From: Bdellovibrionales bacterium | GTDB lineage: Bacteria > Bdellovibrionota > Bdellovibrionia > Bdellovibrionales > UBA1609 | DNA: 64,000 nucleotides | Direction: 5' to 3' | Assembly (NCBI GenBank): GCA_965261545.1 | Contig: CBDHDF010000011.1 | Span: forward strand, 576,001 to 640,000 | Shown: one piece after another, positions 1 through 8,262 of the stretch | Layout of the letters: each line of letters starts with the position of its first letter | Position numbering within the stretch: position 1 is the first letter of the stretch | The notes under the pieces: model-generated | Database searches by the model: none | The model's input: only the letters and a program-made list of their open reading frames with translations | Told to the model about the DNA's origin: nothing | Program-made: the position numbers and the translations under genes

Positions 1-516
1 GTCGCCAATATTTATTTGTAACTGAGTGAGAAGTTCAGGATACACCCAAGCAACGGGGCGATCATAAAGAGCTTGAAAGTCCTTAGTATCTGCAAACTTA
101 TTTTTTTCAAGTTCTAGCTTGCCGTAAAAAGGAAAACCTTTTTCAATAGCTTTGATTTGTATCAGGCGAGATATTCCTTGCTGGCTTGCAACCATGGAAA
201 ACATTTCCACCATGTTGGTCTTCAACAAAGGACTTTGCTTTAACAAAGAACCTTGCTTCAATAAAGGACTGTGGTCATTTTCATAGTTTTTGGTGACGAA
301 ATTTAGCTCCTCACTCTTAAGGGGCCGCCTAGAAGAAAGACCAAAGTCCGCACCGAGAATGGCTTTTGACTTGGTATAGAGAGTCTTATCTATGGAGTCA
401 CGAAAACCATCTAGAGCCACAAAACCTACAAGTCCTAGAGTGAGATTAATAATAAAAAGAAGGGAAAAACGCCTGTCATTGAAAAGCTCTTTTATGATGT
501 ATGAAAACAGAATCAT
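1..516 (-). CDS. ABC transporter permease (FtsX/YbbP-like), 5' part; runs off the window start
   Basis: Not in the ORF track. ATG at 516 overlaps the TGA of the ATPase gene (ATGA). It reads MILFSYIIKELFNDRRFSLLFIINLTLGLVGFVALDGFRDSIDK...GADFGLSSRRPL, like a YbbP-type N-terminus. Confidence 0.8.
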   Translation of the reverse strand, partial: MILFSYIIKELFNDRRFSLLFIINLTLGLVGFVALDGFRDSIDKTLYTKSKAILGADFGLSSRRPLKSEELNFVTKNYENDHSPLLKQGSLLKQSPLLKTNMVEMFSMVASQQGISRLIQIKAIEKGFPFYGKLELEKNKFADTKDFQALYDRPVAWVYPELLTQLQINIGD

Positions 517-1289
517 AGAGTTCGACCAGCCCTCATTTCAATTTTTCGTTTGCACCTAGCAGCAAAGCCCTCGTCATGGGAAACCAGGACCATAGTCATG
601 GAATGATCTTCCACTAGGGCAAATAAAAGGTCCATGACCTTGGTTCCAGTACGAGTGTCTAGGTTCCCACTGGGTTCATCAGCCAATAAGATTTTAGGCT
701 GAGCCACAAGGGCTCTTGCAATAGCCACCCGTTGATTTTCTCCACCACTGAGTTGGTGGGGCATATGGGTTCTACGATCCAAAAGTCCCACCTTGCTAAG
801 GACTTCGTAAACTTTTTCTCCAATGGAAGTTTTGCCCTCCCCTCCAGAGGCTGTGGCATTCTCACTTATGGAGTTCTTGCTTATGGAATGATTCTCACCT
901 ATAGAATGATTCTTACCCATGGCAGCTTTGCCTAAAATCTCCAAAGGAAGACGAATGTTTTCTTCTGCCGTAAGGTGGGGCATAAGGTGAAACTGCTGAA
1001 ACACAATACCAATGTGATGGGCTCGAAAGCGTGAGAGTTCACGCTCTGTCATAGAGGTGATTCGGTGACCATAGATATCGATGGTTCCCTTTGTGGGGGC
1101 ATCAAGCCCTGCGAGCAAGGATAAAAGAGTGGTCTTGCCACTACCTGAGGGACCGACAATGGCTAATGTTTCTTTCTCCTCCATGGAAAAAGTAATATTC
1201 TGCACGGCCGGAATCAAAACTGTGCTTTGTTGAAAATCCCTTGAAATATTCTTAACTTCTAAAATCATGGTTACAGCCACCTTTTCCAT
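513..1289 (-). CDS. ABC transporter ATP-binding protein (LolD/YbbA-like)
   Basis: Walker A GPSGSGKTT, signature LSGGENQRVAIARAL, Walker B ILLADEP, H-loop VSHD. Confidence 0.95.
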   Translation of the reverse strand: MEKVAVTMILEVKNISRDFQQSTVLIPAVQNITFSMEEKETLAIVGPSGSGKTTLLSLLAGLDAPTKGTIDIYGHRITSMTERELSRFRAHHIGIVFQQFHLMPHLTAEENIRLPLEILGKAAMGKNHSIGENHSISKNSISENATASGGEGKTSIGEKVYEVLSKVGLLDRRTHMPHQLSGGENQRVAIARALVAQPKILLADEPSGNLDTRTGTKVMDLLFALVEDHSMTMVLVSHDEGFAARCKRKIEMRAGRTL

Positions 1290-1387
1290 AAAAACCAGTG
1301 AAAGATCAGTTTCCAGGCCTAAAAATCCGATCTAATTTGGGTTTCACGATAATCCTGGAGAATAGTCTTTCCTCTCTAAAGCCGCAC

Positions 1388-2257
1388 TTATAGAAGCTTT
1401 TCCACATAGGGCATGAGATATTTAAAGGCCGTTTGAGCGATGATTTTATGTCCTTTTTCATTGGGGTGAATTCCATCGGGCAAATTGAGCTTTTTCACAG
1501 TACCCACACTTTCTAGCAAAAATGGAATAAAGCCAATTTGGTGCTTTTGAACAAGATTCTTAAAGATATTCTCAAACTTTTGACGATACTCTTTACCGTA
1601 ATTGTAGGGAAGTTTCATTCCCGCAAGAACGACCTCCATTTTGTAAATCTTGGCAAGCTCAATAGTTTTATGGAGGTTTTTCTGAGTGACTGCTGTATCA
1701 AAACTTCGAAGTCCATCGTTGCTTCCCAGTGCCAAGAGTAAGATTTGCGGCTTGGCAGCAACATACCACTTAAGCCTTGAAATGGCACTGGCCGTGGTGG
1801 ACCCACTGATTCCAGCATTGATGACTTGAATGGACACTTTCCTTTGGCTTTGTCCTAGAATTGGGCTTGGAACTGATCCGGAGATTGGATTTTGCCATTG
1901 GTTTTTGTTCTGGTTTTGTCCTCGATTTTGTTTTTGTCTGGAATTTAGAATCTTTTGAGTTCTTTTTTGAAGATGGGCTTCTAACAAAGTGGGATAAGCA
2001 TCTTTTTTAGCAACACCATAGCCCTCGGTGAGGGAGTCACCGAGAATGAGTATTTTAATTTTTAGATGTTTTTTAGAGTCGAGAGTAGGGGCATTTCCAG
2101 GTGCATCAAAAGTGGGAGCCGATGCAGTGGAACCAAGCACAGATTTGGGTGGGAGGGGAAACCATCCGATCCGTAAAGTGAGTGCAGTCACCATGACGAG
2201 ACAGAAAATCCCACCGAACACAGTACAAGCTGTGAAAATCATTCGCTTTTTATTCAT
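1388..2257 (-). CDS. tesA: Arylesterase / acyl-CoA thioesterase I (SGNH/GDSL hydrolase)
   Basis: GDSLTEG, NAGISG, LGSNDG and DGIHPN blocks; adjacent to a ybbA-like ATPase gene. Confidence 0.88.
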   Translation of the reverse strand: MNKKRMIFTACTVFGGIFCLVMVTALTLRIGWFPLPPKSVLGSTASAPTFDAPGNAPTLDSKKHLKIKILILGDSLTEGYGVAKKDAYPTLLEAHLQKRTQKILNSRQKQNRGQNQNKNQWQNPISGSVPSPILGQSQRKVSIQVINAGISGSTTASAISRLKWYVAAKPQILLLALGSNDGLRSFDTAVTQKNLHKTIELAKIYKMEVVLAGMKLPYNYGKEYRQKFENIFKNLVQKHQIGFIPFLLESVGTVKKLNLPDGIHPNEKGHKIIAQTAFKYLMPYVEKLL

Positions 2258-2511
2258 GAGATTTTGTATTCATAAAGCCACCTCTTGTAAAGAAGAAAAT
2301 ACTTTGAAAAGTACTGGGTGACACTCTATACACTCTGCATAAAATCAAAATATTAACCAAAGTAACCAAAGGGGGGGGGCATTTTTTTGCTTCTGCTCCC
2401 CCTCTTAGGGATATTTCAATTTTTCTGAATATTTCAAGTCTCCACTAGCTTTTTCCACGAAAAGTTGGAGAATGAGGGGAGATAGCCAACTTTTTTCTAT
2501 GGCCTGTTGCC

Positions 2512-2883
2512 CTACTTACACATAAATTCCTTCTTGATGTCATCAGCGGGTCCCGACAGGGTGATATAAAGTCCGTTGTGACCACAGTTGAAATTTTTCC
2601 TGTGAAAACGCATTGTCTTACCAGCGACAACATCGACTCTCATATAGTCACCATGGCAACTTCTAAATTGACGGACGTAGGTTGTTTTCCATCCTCGACC
2701 TCCACCACCTTCATCATAACAATTGGTCTTAAGTATAGTTCCAGAGCGATTGTCAATGCGTATATATCCCCAATCTCTTGCTTCTTCCCTTGCATCTCCC
2801 TCATCTTCCCCCTGTCCCAAAGCCATAGTGGATATCAAGCCAAAAATAACAATCATAAAAGTCATACGAATGAATGAAAGCAT
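2512..2883 (-). CDS. Small secreted hypothetical protein
   Basis: RBS GGGAGG upstream of the ATG, hydrophobic signal peptide ending ALG, four Cys in the mature part. Confidence 0.65.
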   Translation of the reverse strand: MLSFIRMTFMIVIFGLISTMALGQGEDEGDAREEARDWGYIRIDNRSGTILKTNCYDEGGGGRGWKTTYVRQFRSCHGDYMRVDVVAGKTMRFHRKNFNCGHNGLYITLSGPADDIKKEFMCK

Positions 2884-3097
2884 ATTTTCCTCCCTTTTTA
2901 AGTTTAAAGATTATGGCTTCCAGGCCATGTGTTGGTGTTTGTATTATTATTTTTTATAGTTCCAATTATATATATTTCTTTATTCTTGTGAATAAGAAAA
3001 GAAGGAATAGGGAAAGGTTTTGACTTTGGTCTATATAATGAACCCCATGTGGTCCTTAGCTACAAAGCGGCTCAATAGGCACATAAGATCTTTTTTT

Positions 3098-4888
3098 GTA
3101 ACTGCTCGCACCCCAATGCCGTTTCCTTAAGAAAAATCTCTTGAAATTATTAGATAAATCGACAAGAATAAGACTTGTTTTATTTTACACCCAACCCTCA
3201 ACCAAGGAGTAAGTCACATGCAATCCAATATTGATCTCGAAAGCCCCCAAATGACGAGTTCGCGTCACAGATGACCATTTTATTCTACCAAAACTTGATT
3301 CTTCCTTCAAGCCAGAGCACCTTGTCGATCCAGAAAAACAAAAAAGGGTAACTGCTCGCACCCCTTCTACACCAGACTTTTAGCCTAAAGACCATTTTTA
3401 TACTAAAGTATTGATTCTCAAGCCTCCCCATTTAATAATTCTTTCGTGAATACAAGAAAACAATCCTTACGAAGCGAAATTGAAAACCTCCAGAAGGAAT
3501 CTAAGAAGATTCTTTCTGACAAGAGTATCCCACGAGAGACTAAACTATTTATTCAGTCCATGCTGACCATTCTCACAGTTGTAGTGATTTTATTTTTGGA
3601 AAAAAAGACTCGTAAAAACTCCAGCAATAGTGGGCTGCCCCCTTCTCAGAACTCTGGTAGCAATGGGAACCGCAATAAGGAAGGGGCTGAGGAAGACAGC
3701 AAGAAAGGATCAAGGCTCGATAACAGTAAGGACACAGAGAGCAAGGAAACAGTCTCTCCATCAAATTGCTCTAAATGTGGGGCCGATTTGAAGGAAACTG
3801 AGATGAAAGGCTCCGAAGAGCGTAAAAAAATTGATATTCTCTATGAGATAAACACCCACACTGTCACCTCTGAAATCAAAGAGTGCCATGAATGTGGTAC
3901 AGAAAACAAAGGCCCATTCCCAGAGGGCATAGATGGACCGATCCAATATGGTATTGGAATTAGGGCCTCAATTATTAATTTTATTGTCATTTAAATGATG
4001 TCTCTCCAGCGTGTTGGTGAACACTACAAGGGTCTCGTTGGCCGCTTTATCTCACCCTCAACCATGTTGAAGTATATTTCTCAACTGAGCGAATCTCTTC
4101 AAGAGTGGGAACAATGGGCAAAACAACAAATCCTTGAGTCTGTGGTCATTCATGTTGACGAAACCTCCATGAGAGTCAATAAGAAGAACTACTGGATTCA
4201 TACTTATAGCTGTGGTGATCTTACATTGCAGTTCATCCATCCTTCCCGTGGAAAAGATGCCATCAAAGATATTGGCATATTGGACAGGTATGGAGGTATC
4301 TTGGTACATGACTGTTGGAGTCCCTATTTTTCTTATACAGATATGCTTCATGCTCTGTGTGTTGCCCATCTTCTTAGGGAATTGAAATTTGTGGAGGATA
4401 GCTCTGGTTCGAAATGGGCCACCAATCTGAAAAAACTTCTTCAGGAAGCTGTTGAATTGGTCCAAAAAAGAAAATCTAAGATATTGACTCGAAAAGAGTA
4501 TCAAACTCTTCAGAGGAGGTATAGGAATATTCTCACAAGGGCTTTAAAGGAGCTTCCTCCCTTTCCAGAGAAGAATGGTAAAAAAGGACGAGTGAAACAT
4601 ACAGATGCTCAAAATCTTTGGCTCCGCTTTAAAAAATATGAAGCAGAAATCCTTCTCTTTGCCAAAGTGAAAGAGGTGGACCCAACCAACAACAGAGCCG
4701 AGCGAGACTTGAGAATGAATAAGGTGAAAAAGAAAGTATCAGGTTGCTTCAGGACAGCAAAAATGGCAAAGCACTTTTGTCGGATTACCAGTTATGTCAA
4801 GACTATGAGAAACAAGGGGTTCTCTTCCTTAGAGGCCATCAATATGGCTCTCAAGGGAGAAATTCCTATGTAAGGTGCGAGCAGTTAC
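3098..4888 (+). mobile_element. IS66-family insertion sequence (single-ORF type)
   Basis: Terminal IRs GTAACTGCTCGCACC (3098) and GGTGCGAGCAGTTAC (ends 4888); 8-bp direct repeat CTTTTTTT at 3090-3097 and 4889-4896. Confidence 0.92.
3446..4873 (+). pseudogene. IS66-family transposase interrupted by an in-frame TAA (3992-3994)
   Basis: ORFs 3446-3994 and 3995-4873 are in one frame. Motifs: NSSNSGLPPS, CxxC...CxxC, HVDET, LVHD, CVAHLLREL, PTNNRAERDLR, KKKVSGCFR. Confidence 0.9.
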
Positions 4889-4906
4889 CTTTTTTTTTGC
4901 CAGAGG

Positions 4907-5917
4907 CTAGTGGGAGTGTTGTCCCTGGTAAGCATTGCGACGTGAGAATTCGTCCAGAAAAAGTTGATAGGTTTCCATTTTACTTTTTGCCCACCTGGGA
5001 GCCATAAGCTCTTCGTGACGACTGGCCACAGCAGCCAACCTATGGACAGCAATCTTTGGAGAAAGGTGCTGCAAAAAGAGAATAGTTCTATCAATATATT
5101 CTTTACGACCAAGGGGAGAGAAGTCACCTTGAAGGTATTGTTCTCCAAGAGGTGTGCCCTTAAGAACATGGAGGTTGTGAAGTTTCACATTATCCACAGA
5201 GAGGCTTGACACCAATTTGGCTGCTTCCACTAAGTCCTTTTTGGTTTCCCCAGGAAAACCGAAAATTAAATGAAGCCCCAGGTCAACATCGCACTGACGC
5301 TTGATCTTATAAATGGCATCTATGGATTGCTGGCATGTATGCCCACGCCTCATCCACAGTAGTTGGTCGTCATCAAAGCTTTGAACTCCCAACTCCACGG
5401 CGAGAAAAGTTTTTTTGGAATACTCATTCCATAGATCCAAAACGGCATGTGAAAGACAATCGGGGCGAGTTGCCACGACCATGCCGACAACATCTTCACA
5501 CTCCACAGCCACTTCAAAATACTTTCTTAACTGAGTTGTGCGTGTAAATGTATTTGTGTAGGCTTGGAAATAAACCAGAAATTTTTGGGCCTTAAACCTC
5601 TTTCGAATGGTTCCCATGGTCTTGCCAATTTGGTCTTTCAACTCCATATCCCGACGCTCAGGGTAAGCCGCCGAACCCCAAACATCGCAAAATATGCAGG
5701 TTTTCATTCCCTTTAAACCCTCACGATTTGGACAAGTTTGAAATACAGAGACGGGAATCTTATAAACTTTCTGACCAAACTGACGATGATAGAATTGACT
5801 GATAGGATAGTAGGGCAAGCCTTGCCACGAATTGGAATTCTTGGTGCCCATGATAGGTGGTTCTGACTCTTTACACTCATGGTCCGGGCCATTTATCATG
5901 TATGTTCCATACCCCAA
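4907..5917 (-). CDS. Radical SAM protein, TIGR01212/YhcC-like (start may be the ATG at 5851)
   Basis: TCPNREG...CIFC cluster motif, YFQAYTNT, TRPDC, VELGVQS, RGH, VKLHNL. Confidence 0.88.
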   Translation of the reverse strand: MGYGTYMINGPDHECKESEPPIMGTKNSNSWQGLPYYPISQFYHRQFGQKVYKIPVSVFQTCPNREGLKGMKTCIFCDVWGSAAYPERRDMELKDQIGKTMGTIRKRFKAQKFLVYFQAYTNTFTRTTQLRKYFEVAVECEDVVGMVVATRPDCLSHAVLDLWNEYSKKTFLAVELGVQSFDDDQLLWMRRGHTCQQSIDAIYKIKRQCDVDLGLHLIFGFPGETKKDLVEAAKLVSSLSVDNVKLHNLHVLKGTPLGEQYLQGDFSPLGRKEYIDRTILFLQHLSPKIAVHRLAAVASRHEELMAPRWAKSKMETYQLFLDEFSRRNAYQGQHSH

Positions 5918-5954
5918 AAGTGAAAAATACCTACCTAGTTAAAAGCTTACCTAG

Positions 5955-7529
5955 TTAAAAGCTTATGGACACACGACTCATAAAGCCAAGGCTCAGGTCG
6001 GTTTCAAAACTATTGCTTCCCCCTTGAAAAGCCTGTCCTGGAGCAAAGAATCCTAAGCTATTGACCCAAACCAAATGCGGTCTGAAAAACTTAAAGTTCA
6101 CATCCAACTCGTAACCAAGGCCCTTTGATGTATTGGCATTAAGGGGATCCTCATTCAACCACCCTGTGGTCAAACCAACATCCACAAGCCAAGACTCTGT
6201 CATACGATAGGTCACCTTGGGGGAAAAGTAGATGGTATTGCTAATGGCCTCCACATCCGCTAAATTCACCTCCGAAGTTAAGTCATTCCGCCCCGTTACC
6301 AAAGCTGTTCTCAAATAATCCACTCTCCCCAAGGGGTGGTTAAACATAAGAAATGCAATGTCGTAGTTGCGATCAAAAATAAAACCTTCGTATTGATGGG
6401 TTGTCACGGGGTCATCTCCAGAGGCATACCCAAAGTCAATACGACCGGCCCACTTGGAATCTTTACTTTCAAAGGGCTTTTCCAACTCAATGGCAAGACC
6501 TTTCCCTGAAAGGCCAATGCTGCGCCCTGTGATGTCATCTTGAATACCCGTGGATCCACTTTGGGTGGAAGCCTCAACACCCAATGTCCATGATTCCATT
6601 TGCCACTTCAAGTACAAGCTCATGGCCCTCATTGCGTACTTGTCCACCACACTTCCAGAACCATAGCCATACAGCCCCACGGAACGGGCTTGGGATGGTG
6701 GTTCTTTGGCTTCAACAGAGTTCGTCGCAAGCTCGTTATTTAAATTGACACCTCTCTCTCCTCCATTGGCATCGTTGGCGGCCCAATCAGCCTGGCGAGC
6801 ACGATAGAAAAAGCCAGTTTCTAATCCAGCCTCAGGCTTTTTGTACTGAAGCTGAATAAGCCACTCTGAAATGTCATCTGATTTATGAAGGTCTCCCTCA
6901 TTCACCTTGGCCATCATAGGAAAAATAGAAAAACTTCCCAAAACCAACTTATATCCCAGCAAATCACGGGTGTCATACCAGTGATCAAAGATACCATCAC
7001 CAGCATTATAAGTCATCCCCAACCCAAAATGCACAGGAGCCCTTCCCACAATAAATGAACCAAATTCTTGGTTGTAAGTCATATAGAGGTGAGAGACTTC
7101 TAGGTTCCCCGCCTTCTGCCTTTCAGAGACTGTGTTTAAGGATCCCTGGCCAGAAAACCCACGTCCCCAAATATCGCCCATTTGATTATTGGATGCAAAA
7201 CCTGAGGATTCTTGATTAAATATATCGAACCGGCTATAAATTGTAAGATTATCAGCCGCCACAATTTTGGGTTTCAAAACCAAGTGGTGCAAACCATAGG
7301 ACTTATTATCTCCCCCTGATATCTCAGGGTTGTTAATATGGTACCCCTCCAGTCGGTAAAATCCCGACCAATCCAGGTCTGCCCAACAGTAAGAACTCAT
7401 TGAAAAAGTGAGAAAAGCCCCCAGAGCCAATCTAAAAACCCTTGCTGTATTGGTTGTGTTTATATTGGCATTTGCATTGGTACTCTTTACGCTTATTGTA
7501 TTTATCATGTTAACCCCATATTTATTCAC
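5955..7529 (-). CDS. Outer-membrane beta-barrel hypothetical protein
   Basis: Signal peptide, amphipathic beta strands, GYASGDD motif, C-terminal Phe. Confidence 0.65.
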   Translation of the reverse strand: MNKYGVNMINTISVKSTNANANINTTNTARVFRLALGAFLTFSMSSYCWADLDWSGFYRLEGYHINNPEISGGDNKSYGLHHLVLKPKIVAADNLTIYSRFDIFNQESSGFASNNQMGDIWGRGFSGQGSLNTVSERQKAGNLEVSHLYMTYNQEFGSFIVGRAPVHFGLGMTYNAGDGIFDHWYDTRDLLGYKLVLGSFSIFPMMAKVNEGDLHKSDDISEWLIQLQYKKPEAGLETGFFYRARQADWAANDANGGERGVNLNNELATNSVEAKEPPSQARSVGLYGYGSGSVVDKYAMRAMSLYLKWQMESWTLGVEASTQSGSTGIQDDITGRSIGLSGKGLAIELEKPFESKDSKWAGRIDFGYASGDDPVTTHQYEGFIFDRNYDIAFLMFNHPLGRVDYLRTALVTGRNDLTSEVNLADVEAISNTIYFSPKVTYRMTESWLVDVGLTTGWLNEDPLNANTSKGLGYELDVNFKFFRPHLVWVNSLGFFAPGQAFQGGSNSFETDLSLGFMSRVSISF

Positions 7530-7630
7530 TTATAAAGTCATCATCTTAAAAGTTAATTATCTATAACCTATTAAAGTCAATATCCGAGTGATCCATTATT
7601 TATATTATAATCTATAAACCATCACTCTCA

Positions 7631-7909
7631 CTAGCTGCCAATACCACGACGACTCAGTTCTTCCTCGTAGTACTTTCGATACATCACTTCCCACTCCGGG
7701 CTGCCTTCAATGACATTGCGTTTTAGCCTCGACACAGAATCTCTTGCCTTGCGATCAATTTCCAGTATCTCCTGGGCAAACTTAGACATGGCTAGCTTTC
7801 CTGAACGCATGGCCTTGTCCTCATCCGAGTAGTCCACAAGGTCATCCTTCCATAAACCATCTATCACCAAATAAGCGAGGTGCTGCTGGCGATCTTCCGA
7901 GAGAATCAT
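7631..7909 (-). CDS. DUF507-family protein
   Basis: 92 aa, GSPEWEVMYRKYYEEEL motif; overlaps its paralogue. Confidence 0.75.
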   Translation of the reverse strand: MILSEDRQQHLAYLVIDGLWKDDLVDYSDEDKAMRSGKLAMSKFAQEILEIDRKARDSVSRLKRNVIEGSPEWEVMYRKYYEEELSRRGIGS

Positions 7910-8184
7910 AGAACAAATTCCTTTTTTTCCGCTAATTTTTTTTTCAACAAGGGAAACATTTTATAGCGCTGAAACGACCCTGGATTTTCTCTTTCAAGGT
8001 CATCCATCATGGAGTGAACCTCTCGATCCAGTTCCTGCTCCTTGGCAAAGTTTGCCTTGATAATTCTCACCGCTTGCTGAAAAACATCAGACTCCTTGGC
8101 CTTGAATTGAACCAGATTTCCGTCCTTTAGTTCCTTAAAAATTAAATGAACCATTCTTTGAATTTGACTCTCTGAAGCTTTCAT
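7906..8184 (-). CDS. DUF507-family protein
   Basis: 92 aa, EQELDREV...YKMFPLLKKKLAEKKEFVL C-terminus. Confidence 0.75.
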   Translation of the reverse strand: MKASESQIQRMVHLIFKELKDGNLVQFKAKESDVFQQAVRIIKANFAKEQELDREVHSMMDDLERENPGSFQRYKMFPLLKKKLAEKKEFVL

Positions 8185-8262
8185 AACTTTGACTAAATGC
8201 TCTTACAACCTTAAAGTCAAGGGTAAGAAATATCCCGTTAAGACGCAACGTGAGGAGCCCCA

